Shown: positions 25,330 to 40,005, numbered from the stretch's first letter. The stretch: DNA of 64,000 bases from Chrysomallon squamiferum (GCA_012295275.1 CM022666.1:4836001-4900000); one strand, 5' to 3'. Made by a program: numbers and translations. Notes: generated by a model not told the origin, from the letters alone.

Positions 25330-25920
25330 TGGCTGCAAAAAAGTCACAATTTGTATGTAAAAAATGTATGAATCTGTAGAGTATTGAATGTGACATCATA
25401 GTCTACATGGGGTAATTGTTAAGCTTACTGGTTAGGTCAGTTAGGTTAGATTAAAGAAAGAGGTTTCATACTGTGCAGGGGTGGAGAATTGTTACACTTA
25501 TTAATTAGGCAGGATTAAAGAAAGAGTCTTCATATTGTGCAGGGGTGATGCTCGGGTCCAGCTTACTGATTAGGATAGATTTAAACTAAGAGCTTCCTAT
25601 TCTAAATGATTTATAAAATGTTCCATGTTAAAATGTGTTTCACTGAATATTCTCCAGCTTGCTCTAGTATCAGAAGTATGTATAATATGGAAGTTATTCA
25701 TAGCAATAAGGGTGGTATCAAAATCTGTTATGAAGGGTTCGTGTAGGCTGCCGCAGAATTTGTTCGTGATATCGAGTGGAACATCAGTCTAAATCATCAA
25801 CATTAAAATCAAAGAACATTAACAAAATACTCTGACAAAATGTGTTTAATCTATCTTTCATTGCTAATGTATTTCATAATTAAAAATTGTGACTTTTTTT
25901 TCCTGTGACTTTTTTTCGGG
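25330..25920 (+). mobile_element. Degenerate non-autonomous Mutator-like (MULE) element with a FLYWCH-like fragment
   Basis: Imperfect inverted ends AAAAAAGTCACAATTT (25337-25352) / AAATTGTGACTTTTTT (~25884-25899) plus a second TGTGACTTTTTT; internal MEVIHSNKGGIKICYEGFV* (25687-25746) resembling the start of a FLYWCH zinc finger; ~65-bp internal tandem repeats 25410-25600. Confidence 0.55.
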
Positions 25921-26303
25921 ATTAATTACCAGCTCGGAGTGCTAGGTGTTACTGACTCTTGTTGTTTATCAGAAAGATCTGGCGACACACGTCAAGCTGC
26001 AAGGTCGGGAACACGTTGAGAAATAACGTGAGTCCCTTTTTCATAAAAATACGGAGATATTTTGTTCTTGGTCAGGGAAAAACTGTGGAACAATTCCAGG
26101 GTAACGGTCGCTGTCCACTGAACGCACTGTGTAACTAGTTATGTATATGTTTGCTCTCCTGTATTAATCCTTACGTGATTATTGTGATCGATTACAATCA
26201 TTCTATCCATCTATATTATTCTTTACTGCTATACTGAATACAGTTTTAGAAGTGTCAAGTTTATTTATTATTGTTGTTCTTGTTGTTGCTAGTTAGTTAT
26301 TTT

Positions 26304-26335
<32 letters not shown>

Positions 26336-27334
26336 TACACACACACACACATAGACACATACACATACACACACACACACAGAGAGATCCATACCCAAAA
26401 CCACACACACATATATATTATTTAAAATATTTTTGTCACTGTAATCGGATTCTTTTTAACGTTGCCAGTATTTTGTATAACAGCATATTAACACTATGTT
26501 GTTGGCTTGTTTTTTCCTCCCTTGAAGATTTCAGATATGTAATATATAGTCATTTTATTCGGGAACTGTGCTATAAATAGATGGTACGTCAACGAATTAC
26601 TAATAAACGGATTCACAAAGTTTGAATACATTATTATTATAGATAAATAAATTTGTTCCTGTTGTTAATGTTGTTGATAATGAAAATGAACATCGATAAC
26701 TTTTTTTTTTTTTTTGTATAGCTAGCTTGATCCCGTTTTAAAGATATTTTCTTTTTACAAATTATATAAATAAAAATTTAATAGCTACTTGCTCGAAATA
26801 AATGGTATAAACGGGTAAAATGCACGTGTTTAAGTCCGTTTTTCGTTCAGTCACGCGCTAAAGCTTCTCTCAGCTGTGTTGATCAGTTGACACGCAGACG
26901 TCACACGTGCATGTGGTGTTCAGATTCTCTCTTCTCTTCTGCTTCCATTTAAACTTTACACTTTTGTAATTTACTTTTCCAATATGTCAAAACGAATAGA
27001 TATGCTAATGATAAAACGAAACGGAAGAAAATAACTTTAGAAAGAAAACACGATATCTTAAATGAAAACAAAACCCACAATGAGCGGCGTATAATTATTT
27101 CTTAATCTGTTTGTATAAATTGATTTGTAAATGATTTACTGTTTGTTTAATATCTATGATCTGTTAAAATATTTATTTCTCCTTATTTAAAAAAAAAAAA
27201 ATGTTTTATGTGAAATATCATCAGCGAGAACGTAACCACTGTTTTTAACCTTAATTCTATCTGTGTAAATTAGTCTCCCGATACCTCACTTAACGATCGG
27301 GAATTTGGAACCAATTACATCGTTGTATGTGTCT

Positions 27335-27720
27335 GTTAACTTACCACTTTTCTCAGCTTTTGTGTGACTTTCACTCAGTTTCTAAAAAGAATGTTAATAA
27401 CCAGTTTGAAACTCGTCTATAATAATCAGTTTTAAATTTATAAATATTTTTCAGCACAATTAATTTCTCCTTTTCATAATTTCACTATTATTAAACGCAT
27501 ATGGATATTTTTTCTTAATTTTGTTTGTAATGAACTTAACTATTTAATATTTTTGTATAGAATTTACCTATTTCTATAAAAAACTGTTTTCTTGTTGCAT
27601 TTAATGTATTTATAAAACAGATGAGTATCAAGTTTAGTATTTCATTTTCCTTTAGATACAGTCTGTGTCAAACAAGATAAAAATGTTATTAATACTAAGA
27701 TAAAGACATACACATAAATA
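27335..27720 (-). pseudogene. Deleted TNF-ligand relic 2
   Basis: Intact-looking exon-2 copy 27381-27345 with AG/GT sites, intron 1, and exon-1 fragment gatgagtatcaagtttagta; exons 3-4 absent. Confidence 0.75.
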
Positions 27721-27768
27721 AAATTCTTTCAAGAAATAAAAGTAAAATATTAAATAAAAACACTTCAG

Positions 27769-27799
<31 letters not shown>

Positions 27800-28709
27800 A
27801 ACACACACACAAATGCGCGCCACAGTTACTATACAAACAACAGAATACTTTTTCAAACAATTAAAATAAGACTATAGGAAAATAATGACATATCTTTTTG
27901 AAATATGTATTCCCTTTTACTGCCTTTTCGTTTACGGAATGATTTTTATATTATGTGTTAGAGACAGCTGCACTTTAGAAGATAATAATACTGAATTGAA
28001 AACAAACACAAAATTAAGTTTCTCATAAACTGGGTTTTTTTCCGATGACGCGTTGTACTTCAAATTACATTTTGATTGGCTGTGAGAAAATAAAGCCTAA
28101 TGGAGAGGATAACATGCTTAGAATGAAAAATGTAAACAAAATTAATAATTAAAAGTTGCACAATGTTCACAAATAAACTACGTGCATTTATTGCTGGTTG
28201 TTACTGTTGTAGTTCTTGTTATTATTAATATTAACATTGCTGTTGGCATTCAGATGGGGGAAAAAGCGCAAAATAACAATTATTAAAAACAAAAAACAAC
28301 AATAATAAACAAAAAACAAACAATACAAATAAGTCACATACTATTAGCGCACGCAACCGCGCGCACGCACGCAAGCGCGCGCACACACACACACACACAC
28401 ACATACACACACACACTTACACCGTGATCTATTTAAGAATATTGCCTGAGTTGATTTTATGATAGAAACTACGCCAAGTATCTGTGATCTCCAAGCAGGA
28501 ACAGAAACATGGAAACACAAACGTAACAACTAACTTCTAATCTCAGGTATTTTATCATGTTTTAATCAACTACTCTTCAACAGTCTAATCCGAAATAAAT
28601 GAACAAAAAGTTAATGCAGAATATCTGTATTATCTGATTTCAAATGCCCTATGCAGTATAAAAGGGGTCAGGAAGCTTTTGCAGAGAGGTTATCAGAAAG
28701 CAGTGCATT

Positions 28710-29028
28710 GTTTTGGAGGAGGGTCAAGTTAATGTAATAATTGGTGTCCAAGTGTTCACACAGTGATCTATTTAAGAATTTTGCCCTGAGTTGTTTTTAT
28801 GACAGAAACTAGACTACGTCAAGTACATGTGATGTAAATGATATGCAGTGTTTTGGAGGAGGGTCAAGTTAATGTAATAATTGGTGTCCAAGTGTTCACA
28901 CAGTGATCTATTTAAGAATTTTGCCCTGAGTTGTTTTTATGACAGAAACTAGACTACGTCAAGTACATGTGATGTAAATGATATGCAGTGTTTTGGAGGA
29001 GGGTCAAGTTAATGTAATAATTGGTGTC
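28710..29028. repeat. 140-bp tandem duplication (~2.3 copies)
   Basis: GTTTTGGAGGAGGGTCAAGTTAATG recurs at 28710, 28850, 28990; single copy in the paralog at ~44070-44190. Confidence 0.9.
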
Positions 29029-30006
29029 TGACCAAGCTTTGCCGACCCCTGAACAGTAGTAGCGTGAATGAAGCAGACAGAGAAATGAGGTCACACGTTA
29101 GATAAATATTTCACAGACAGCGAGGTCACGTTACCTGTTCATTTTTCCGGGACTTTCCAAACAGCATTTTATAAACACTGCACGGGTTCAACTACTTTTA
29201 AGTATTTGATATACACATGGTTATATAACAGCAATATTTAACTTACTGTCTATAAAGTACACAAATTATCCTTCATAAAATAAAAATTAAATCATGTCAC
29301 TGACTGGTGTATAAGTGAAAAATGAGTCGAAAAATATTTTCATTAATTTTACTTGATATTTAAAAAAGAAAAGAAGAAAATGATAAATGCAGATCAAGAC
29401 ATTTGTACTACATTTAAAGTAAATATCCAAGTAATAAAAATTATGAACAAGTGACCAGAGTTAAACAATACTAATTATAATGATGTTGATGATGATGATG
29501 ATGATGAATTTAATAAATTAGTACTAGTAGCAGCCGCAGTACTAATATAAATAGTAGGAGTAGTAGAAAGAATAGTAGCAGTAATCATGATTATATAGTA
29601 ATAATATAGCAGTAGTAATAATGATGAAGATGATAGTGGTAATAAAGTTAATGATAAATATGATAGTCGTAATAAAATTAATAATCATGATGATGATGAC
29701 AGACATAATAAAATTAATAATCATAATCTTTACGATTCTGAAATGCTTCTAAAAAGAAAAGTCTTATTGTGATAAAACAAAAAAATGCTTTAAATATATT
29801 GTTTATTATTCAGATTTTACATGAAATTTTAAATGTAACATATATATAAACATTTATTACTCTGGTAATTTCAATGCATGAGTACATACTGTATAAAGAA
29901 CACTTAATTTGTATTACTCATTACTCATTTAACTTTCATCAGTCAATTTATATAGAACACCAGTAATATTTAAATATTTATTCACTGAATACAGCACACA
30001 TTCATT

Positions 30007-30095
<89 letters not shown>

Positions 30096-30715
30096 CGAGC
30101 CCTGAACTACTGCGTCACTTCTGTTCAGGTGTTCGGTAAGTCATACTAATCTATATATAACAGTACTGTCACCGATGTATAATAATACTATCACATGCCG
30201 GTATTTCCATCAATGAGGGAGCTATTACCTTTAGCTTTAGCTCAGGTGTATTAAGCACACGAAATAGGGTGGTATTGTGGTCTAGAATAGACACTGATAT
30301 GCGCAGTTTAGTCAGTGACTTGAGAAAGTGGAAGGGTACTGATAAAAAATAAGTTAAGTGAACGTGAATTGTGGTACATCTACACAGTCATTCTGTACAC
30401 ACGTACATGCTATTATGTATATTTAGTTAATAATCGCAGTTTATTACCTTACTGCATGACCTTATTCAGAACAAAGACCAGCTGGAATAAAAAAAACCCA
30501 GCAAACAAAGAAACAATACAATACAAGCCAGTCACATACCATTAGACCTCGCGCGTACACACCCAGACTATTCGCTTTGTTCAGTTTCCCGTGAGTTGTT
30601 TTTATGATAGAAACTAGACGACGTCACGTACATGTGATGTACGTGCATGAACAGAAACAAAGAAATAAAAGCGTATATTAACCAAGTAGTTTATTATTTT
30701 GTATTTAATGACTTT

Positions 30716-30958
30716 TCAATCGTCCAGCCCTAAATAAATGATAGAAAATTGTGTCAGTTGTTCAGCGTGTTTATATAGACTAGAAGTGGCAGTAACTGAG
30801 TCATTTAAACAAGTTGTGAACGTTGTGAAATAAGATATCGGGGCAATAGCAAGATAGGTACACATTTCCCAGCCTGCGATGTCATTGTAGGTCGTAAATA
30901 CGAGGGCCGTGCATTTTGTATGACCTGCCCCGCTTAGCAAACAGCTATTTATCAACAT
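30716..30958 (-). other. 80-codon ORF of unknown nature, duplicated at 46241-46483
   Basis: MLINSCLLSGAGHTKCTALVFTTYNDIAGWEMC...; open in both copies; degraded homologs at ~12400-12690, ~39480-39680, ~44230-44470, ~56430-56720. Confidence 0.3.
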
Positions 30959-31389
30959 TGCTCGGATCATGATATATCTGTGTGTGTGTGTGTGAGTGTG
31001 TGTGTGTGTGTGTGTGCGCGTGCAAGTAGGTGTATCTATATAAGTATGTGATATGTACATTGTTATATAACAGCAATATTTAACATACTGTCTATAAAGT
31101 ATACACATTTTGCTTTATAAAATAAAAATTTAAATGATGTCACTGACTGGTGTAGAACTGAAAAGTGATTTGAAAGATGCTCTTATTAATTTTACTTGTT
31201 ATTAAAAAAAGAAGAAAAAAGAAAAGAAAAGAAAGCAAGAAAATGACAAATTCACAAGACAACTGTACTACGTTTAAAGTAACTATCCAAGTAATAAAAA
31301 TAATGAACAGGTGACCAGAGGTATCACTGTAGTCTTTATTTAACAACAATGACAGCAGCAAACAATAATAATGATGATGATAAATTTAA

Positions 31390-31875
31390 TAGTAGTAGTA
31401 GCAGACACAGCAGCACTAATTTCAATAGTAGTAGTAGTAGCAGCAACAGCAGCACTAATTTCAATAGTAGTAGTAGTAGTAGAAGCAACAGCAGCACTAA
31501 TTTCAATAATAGTAGTAGTAGTAGTAGCAACAGCAGCACTAATTTCAATAATAGTAGTAGTAGCAATAGCAGCACTAATTTCAGTAGTAGTAGTAGTAGT
31601 AGAAGCAACAGCAGCACTAATTTCAATAATAGTAGTAGTAGTAGTAGCAACAGCAGCACTAATTTCAATAATAGTAGTAGTAGCAATAGCAGCACTAATT
31701 TCAGTAGTAGTAGTAGTAGTAGAAGCAACAGCAGCACTAATTTCAATAATAGTAGTAGTAGTAGTAGCAACAGCAGCACTAATTTCAATAATAGTAGTAG
31801 TAGCAACAGCAGCACTAATTTCAATAGTAGTAGTAGCAGCAACAGCAGCACTAATTTCAATAGTAGTAGTAGTAC
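31390..31875. repeat. Higher-order minisatellite: ~27-33 bp AGCAACAGCAGCACTAATTTCAAT(AGT)n subunits arranged in a 120-bp period
   Basis: Sequence starting at 31501, 31621 and 31741 is identical; only one subunit in the paralog at ~46915-46960. Confidence 0.95.
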
Positions 31876-33146
31876 TAAGAATAATACTAATAGTGTTGGT
31901 AAGTAGCAGTAGTAGTAACTATGATGATGATAGTGATAATAAAATTAATGATGATGACGATAGTGATAATAAAATTAATGATGATGATGATAGTGATAAT
32001 AAAATTATTAATAATAATAGTATTTATGTTTCTGAAATGCTTCTAAAAAGAAAATTCTTATTGTGATAAAACAAAAAAAATGCTTTAAATAGATTGTTTA
32101 TTATGCAAACTTTACATGAAATTTTAAATGTAACATATATAAACATTTATTATTCTCATAATTTCAATGCACGAGTCCATACTGTATAAAGAACACTTAA
32201 CTTGTATTACTCATTAGAAAGCAGTCAGTGAACATTTAACTTTTATCAGTCACTGTATACAGAAAATCAATATATAAATATCTATTCACTGAATACAGCA
32301 CACATTCATTTTACATAGAACATCCCTAGAACATATTCAGTGTTTGTAGAACATCCACTGTACAGATTTACTGAATACAGACCATCAGTAGTACATACAT
32401 TACATATTCACTGTACAAAGAAAATCCATTATACATGGAGTATTCATTATCATTTAACATTAATTATATTTACAGCATCCACAGATGTACATGTTTAGAA
32501 CATTAACTGTAGAAAAACATCTTTTTACATAGAACATCTACTGCTGAATATCTATTGTGTACAACATATCTACCATAGAAGAACATTCACTGTACACTGA
32601 ACATCTACTGTATTTGACCATCCACTGTACAGTGTATATAGAACATCTGTACAAGATCATTTTTTAACATAGGACATAGACTGCAGAACATCTACTGCAG
32701 AAGAATGCCTACTTTACATAGAATATCAACTGTACTAGAGCATCCACTGTAGAACAAATATCCAGTGTACAAGAACATCTATTGTACAAGAACATCTATT
32801 GTACAAGAACATCCATTGTACATAGAACATCTACTGTACAAGAATATCCATTGTACAATGTGAGTAACACCTAAAATAATAGTAAATAAAACCTGAAGCA
32901 GAGTCCATCTTTTGTGAATGATGAGGAATGTCAGTGATTGTTTTGTTAATAAAATTCTGGATGATGATGTAGACAATAAAAGTATCAACGATGAAGTTAA
33001 CATTGAATTTTTGAATGATGATGTTGATAGGAAAATTCTGAATAATGATGTTCATAGTGAAAATGATGATGTAGGATAATGGCCATGACAACCTCTGTTT
33101 TTACTTATGAGAATGTAATATTTTTAGGTTTTAAATTAATTTCTTT

Positions 33147-33894
33147 TCGTGTATCTTTCATTGTCTGATCCTCGCTGGTTTAAACAATTATTCTTAGTCT
33201 GACAAAATCAGATCTGTTAAAAGATGAAAAGAGAGAAAGCAAAAAAATAAGAATTAATTTCATGGAGTAAGTTTAGTTCATATATATATATATGAAAGAA
33301 ATTTAGAAAACAACATATATGTATATATATAATCAATTCATTAATAATTAATAAGCACAAGTAATTAAATAATAACAACTGTAAATTGAATAAAACTATA
33401 CACAAAAATATTGATTAATTAATTCAATAAATCAATAGTTTAACTAATAATGATAACAATAAAGTGCTATAATGATCACAAACAAACAAATAAAATTATA
33501 TTCTTTACAACTGAAAATAAAAAAGAAAATTAATATTCAAGAGACCATCTTAGACAGAAATAATTCACCTTCTTACGTAGATCCATAAAACCGAACCAAA
33601 CAGTTCCTTGAGCACCACAATGGACAAAAGCACAACAACAATTTGAGCTGTATCCATGACGATGCGCCTGGCTGCAGTGAGTAAAGCGTCAAGTTGGTTT
33701 TCTACAATGTCTGGTCTCTCCGTCCTGTGAAAGTAAATTGTAAAAACAGACAATTAAAATTTAAACAAATATAAGAAAACATATTACTTCAATTAGTGTT
33801 TTTAAGAACGTCAGTCATATTCAGATATGTACAAATTATATTTGATAAATAAATTCTTTCATTTTCTTTTTTTTTCATCTTCTTTATTCTTCTT

Positions 33895-33975
<81 letters not shown>

Positions 33976-34318
33976 GTGTTAGACTACAATCCTGTAATCA
34001 CCTTTTATAAAACTTGGGCCACACTGTATTAAGCTGACATCCAGTCGCTGAGATGACGTACTCCCGCTGCTGTTTGCTTCCCTCTACAGTGCAGTTGATG
34101 TCCATGCCGACGTTGACCAAGTAGGTACAGTACGTCTCATTGTGTACAAACTGAGGTGTGGTCAGCTGCTGCTGGTGTGGTTGCAGTGCACGTTCATCAC
34201 GTTCTATATACGCTGCCATCCAGCTCTGGTACAAAGGAAGTTCCACTGTGTTTATTTGTTCTGCATGGGAAACAAGTCGACTGTTGATCATTTCAGCTTG
34301 GAGGTCTATGAATCCGTT
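33147..34318 (-). pseudogene. Membrane-protein gene copy, 5'-truncated (exons Z, W, V)
   Basis: Z 34318-34002 and W 33724-33569 intact; V from 33213 with early TAA at 33182-33180; upstream exons replaced by other repeats beyond ~35085. Confidence 0.8.
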
Positions 34319-35119
34319 CTGAACTTTAAAAAAAAAATGTATATTCAGATACATTGGATATTCTACATCACAGTATGTCAGTTTTATAAAATCATACAAA
34401 TGGTATTTGCTAAGCTGAATCTTTAATATTACATCCTTTGATTTGTAAGTTACAGGATACATACTGTATTGTAACGATCTTTAAGGTTACCGTACTGGAA
34501 TAATACTGTATCACTTGGTGTATAAGTTACATGGTATGTACTGCACTCTATTAATCTTTAATACTGTTTCCCTGGATATATAAGTGACATGGTATGTAGT
34601 GCACTTTATTAATCTTTAAGGTCTATGAATCATTCTGAAATTTAAAAAGATATATATTCAGATACATTGTATATTCTACACCACAGTATTTCAGTTTTAT
34701 AATATCATACACTGAATATATGGTATTTGTAATGCTGAATCTTTATTATATCATTTGATTTATAAATTACCTGATATTTACTGTAATATTTCTGTGTATT
34801 ATATCCTTGGATATACACATTAAAGTATTCATTTATACTCTACACCACAAGACCTCATTTGTTTATAAAATGATACACAGAATACATATTATTTGCAATA
34901 AGGAATCTGTAATATTCTATCTTTCAATAAATAAATTACATGGTATGTACTGTATCTTATTATATATTATTTAATACTATATTCCTGGATATATTATATA
35001 CATGGTATGTACTGCACTCTATTAATCTTTAATACTGGATATATTATATACATGGTATGTACTGCAGTGTATTAATCTTTAACAGCGTAAATGTTACTTG
35101 TATCATGACTGTTGATTCA

Positions 35120-35720
35120 GTGGCTGGGAAAAAGTAACAGTTTTTATATAACAAAATGTATGTATTTAAAGAGTAATGAATGTGGCATCATAGTCTACAT
35201 GGGGTAATTGTTAAGCTTACTGATTAGGTCAGTTAGGTTAGATTAAAGAAAGAGGTTTCATACTGTGCAGGGGTGGTGACTTGTTACACTTATTAATTAG
35301 ACAGGATTAAAGAAAGAGTCTTCATACTGTGCAGGGGTGATGCTTGGGTCCAGCTTACTGATTAGGATAGATTTAAACTAAGAGCGTCCTATTGTAAATG
35401 ATTTATAAAATGTTCCATGTTAAAATGTGTTTTACTATATATTCTCCAGTTTGCTCTAGTATTAGAAGTATGTTTAATATAGAAGTTATTCATAGCAATA
35501 AGGGTGGTATGAAAATCTGTTATGAAGGGTTCGTGTATGCTGCGGCAGAATTTCTTCGTGATATCGGATGGAATATCAACATTAAAAACCATCAACACTA
35601 AAATAAAATAAAACATTAACAAAATACTCTGACAAAATGTGTTTAATCTATCTTTCATTATTAATATATTTCATAATAAAAAATTGTGAATTTTTTTTCC
35701 TGTGACTTCTTTTCGGGGTT
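35120..35720 (+). mobile_element. Second copy of the MULE-like element
   Basis: Paralog of 25330-25920; encodes IEVIHSNKGGMKICYEGFVY at 35479-35538. Confidence 0.55.
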
Positions 35721-36421
35721 AATTACCACCTCGGAGTGGTAGGTGTAACGGATTCTTGTTTATCAGAAAGATCTGGCGACACACGTCAAGCTGCAAGGTC
35801 GGGAACACGTTGAGAAATAACGCCAGTCCCTTTTTCATAAAAGAACCGAGATATCTTCGAGCGGAACAGTTATGTAGATGTTTGCTCTTCTTACGTGATT
35901 GCTGCGACCGATTAGAATCATTCTATCGATCTGTATTATTCTTTATTGCTATACTGAATACAGTTTTAAAGGTGTTTTGTGTTTGTTGTGTTCTAGTGTA
36001 CAATAATGGGTGTATACACATATATGCTTTCTTATTAGATTATGCATGTGTTCATACTTTTGTTTAATAGATATTACCAGTGAAGGGATTTTTGTTTTCA
36101 TGTTTCTCAGGCTTTGAATACTCACAGATAATTTTAGCATATTATTCTTTAGTACGAAGATACAAAGAAAATTTTGTTGCTTCCTGCATTTGAGCTGTTG
36201 ACTCCCTGAAAATCTGTGATACTGTATATACACAAACACATACATTACATACAATTTACAAATATAAAAAAGTGTTCAATTCAATAAAAAATGTTTATTA
36301 TTATCTCAACTCTATTCTGTTGAAGTTGAGCAGCTTAGATTCACCACCTTACGCTTGAAACCATTATAATACTACTGTTTATATAATTAATTAAGTAATT
36401 AATTAATTAATGTTATTATTA

Positions 36422-36452
<31 letters not shown>

Positions 36453-36572
36453 TTTATATATTTATTTATTTATTTATTCGTCTATTTATTATTGTTGTTG
36501 TTGTTGTTGCTAGTTAGTTATTTTGGTCCATATAAATAGAGATTATACATTTTTTTCAATTAAATTTGTTAA

Positions 36573-36622
<50 letters not shown>

Positions 36623-36641
36623 CCATATCCAGACACACACA

Positions 36642-36673
<32 letters not shown>

Positions 36674-37689
36674 GACACACACACAGAGATCCATACCCAG
36701 ACACTCACACATACATATTATTTAAAATATTTTTGATACTCTAATAGGATTCTTTGAACAGTTGCCAGAGTTTTTGAATATCAACATATTATCACTATGT
36801 TAAGCTTTGTTTTTTCCTCCCAAGAATATTTCAGATGTGTAATAAATACTCATTTTATTCCTCAACTGGGCTATAAATGGATGTTACGTCAATGAATTAC
36901 TAATGGAAGGATTCACAAAGTTTGAATACATTATTATTATTAAATAAATTTGTTGTTGTTGTTACTACTGTTGTTGAAAATGAAAATGAACACGTTTTTT
37001 AAATTTCTTTTTTATGACTAGCTAGGTGGGTTCATTTGCAAGGCAATACCTTTTATTTTATAAAATGAAAAATAAAGAAAACATTAAATTCAGTTTAAAA
37101 CACAAACAATTATGAAATATTAATTGTTTAGTTAAATAAATGAATAAATAAATAAATAAATAAAGTAAAATACCTAACATAAATAAAAAGTGATAAAAAT
37201 AAAATGAAATAAATAAATTAATTAACAGAAAAATAATAAAATGAAATGAAATAAAATAAATACAGTAAAATTAACTCATAAAAATAAACAAATAATTAAA
37301 TAAATAAATAAAGTTTATAGTAGATGTTCGCTCAATTCATCGATAAACGTATTCACCTTTTACGCTCAAATCATCGATAAATTATAAATATGTAATAAAA
37401 AAATATCCTCCTTTAACGATTTTTTCTTTTTAACAAATTATATAAATAAAAATTTAATAGCTAATTTCTCGAAATAAATGGTACAAACGGGTACAATGCA
37501 TGTGTTTAAGTCCGTTTTTAGTTCAGTCACGTGCTAAAGCTTTCCTCAGCTGTGTTGATCAGTTGACACGCAGACGTCACACGTGCATGTGGTGTTCAGA
37601 TTCTCTCTTCTCTTCTGCTTCCATTTAAACTTAACACTTTTATAATTTACTTTTTCAATATGTCAAAACCAATTTGTGCTTGTGTTTGT

Positions 37690-37930
37690 GTTAATTTACC
37701 ACTTTTCTCAGCTGTTCTGTGACTTTCACTCAGTTTATAAAAAGAATGTTAATAACCAATTTATCGAATTTACCTATTTCTATATAAAACTTGTTTTTGT
37801 TTTGTTGTTGTTGCATTTAATGTATTTATAAAACAGATGAGTATCGAGTTTAGTATTTCATTTTCCTTTAGATACAGTCTGTGTCAAACAGGATAAAAAT
37901 GTTATTAATCACCAAGATAAAGACACATAT
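37690..37930 (-). pseudogene. Deleted TNF-ligand relic 3
   Basis: Exon-2 copy 37736-37700 with acceptor AG->AT; exon-1 fragment gatgagtatcgagtttagta. Confidence 0.7.
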
Positions 37931-39190
37931 AAATAACATTCTTTTTCAAAAATAAAGTAAAATTTGTAATGAACACACAACTGTTTATTATTTTGTATAG
38001 AATTTACCACATTTCACACATAACAAACACACACTCAAACACAAACACAAATTTAATGTAAATAAAACAGATGACACACAAGTTTACACACACAAACACA
38101 AATACAAACACACACAAACACAAACAAGATAAAAAACACAAAACAAACACAAACATAAAGACACAAACACAAACACACATTATTTCAAAAACACAAAACA
38201 AAAAAAATAAACAAAAAAAAAACACACACACAAACACACACACACACACAAAACACAAACACACACAAACACAAACACACACACAAACACACACACAAAC
38301 ACACACAAACACAAACACACACACAAACACACACACACACACACACACACAAAAAGCGCACAACAGATACTACACAAACAACAATATTTTTTCAAACAAT
38401 TAAAATAAGACTAGTGGAAAATAATGACATATCTTTCAGAAATATATATTGCCTTTTACTTCCATTTCGTTAACGAAATGATTTTTATATTAAATGTTAG
38501 AGACAGCTGCACTTTAGAGCATCATAAAGGGATGTTAGAAAGCAAGGCTGGTTTGGTCTGGAGGTTTTAAGAAAAAACAAAGAAGTTAATGTAATAACTG
38601 GTTTTCAGTTGACAGGCCGGACTAAATTCCTCGTCGACCCTTGGATTATTACAGTGTTACTTCTGTTCACGATTTCGACAAGTCATACTAACCGATATAT
38701 AATAGTACTATCACCTGCCTGGAATTCTAGTCAAAGTTAAGGTTTGTGTACAACAATGAGGGAACTATTTTCTGATGTAAATTTAGCTTTCATGAATCCA
38801 TGCGCATGCGTATTAACAAGCACGCGAAATTGGGTGTTATGTTTTTGGTATTGTGGTCTAGAATAGACACTGACATGCGCAGTTTAGTCAATGCAAAGTG
38901 GATGTGCACAGATAAGAAATGTTAATATGTAAAGGTATTCAATTTACTGGGTAAAAAAAAATTAAGTTAGGTAAACGTGACTATTTGAACATCTACAAAG
39001 TCATTTTATACACACGTGCATGCTATTATATATATTTAGTTAATACTCGGACTTAACTGTTGCATGTCGTTATTCAGAGCAGAGTTCAGATGGAAAAAAA
39101 AACAACACAAAACAACAAACAAACAAACACACAAACAAACACACAAACACCAAAAAACCATAACAAACAAAAAACAAAACAAGCAATTCA

Positions 39191-39301
<111 letters not shown>

Positions 39302-40005
39302 TCTATTACAAATCCTAAATAAATTATAAAGAATTTATTCAAGAACATCTAAATTATCTAATTTCAAATGTCCTAATACACTCCAGCTATTCACTACAGT
39401 ATATATCTACACAAGATCTACTCAGGCGCACAGTCATGAAAAATCGATTATTCCATGACAGAAAAAAATATTTTTATTTTTATTCATTTATACTTAAAAT
39501 CGTGTCAGTTGTTCAACGTCCTTATTTGGAATAGCGATGACAGTAATCATGTGATTGAAGCAGGCTGTGAAATAAGAGAATGGGACAAACACACGTTAGG
39601 TAACTCGAGAACTCGTGGACCCTGCATTCTGTATCACTAGGAAACACTTAGCAAACAGCTATTTATAAACACTGCTCAGGTAGAAACTACTGTTAAAGAT
39701 AACGAATTTACTGGGGATTTTAAAAAGTTTTCCAGTCAGCTACCATTGTTATTAAAGTCGTTTTTTTTTTTTTTTTTTTTTTTTTTGACAGCAAATCAAA
39801 CAGTGAAGGACGAGAGCATAACTATTAAAACTTAATCATGATACATGTGTGTGTGTGTGTGTGTGCACGTATGTAGGCGTATCTATATAAGTATATGATA
39901 TGTACATGGTTATATAACAACAATATTTAACACACTGTCTTTAAAATATACAAATTATGCACACATATCAGAATGTAATTTTGTTAGGTTTAAATTAATT
40001 TCTTT

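Noticed and set aside
29149-29158. Perfect GGGACTTTCC kB motif
   Set aside because: Far from any predicted TSS and not conserved at paralogous positions (~12613, ~44441); likely chance
31336-32066. ORFs of 174-231 aa (poly-L, poly-S/N, poly-V)
   Set aside because: Minisatellite open in several frames; not present in the paralog
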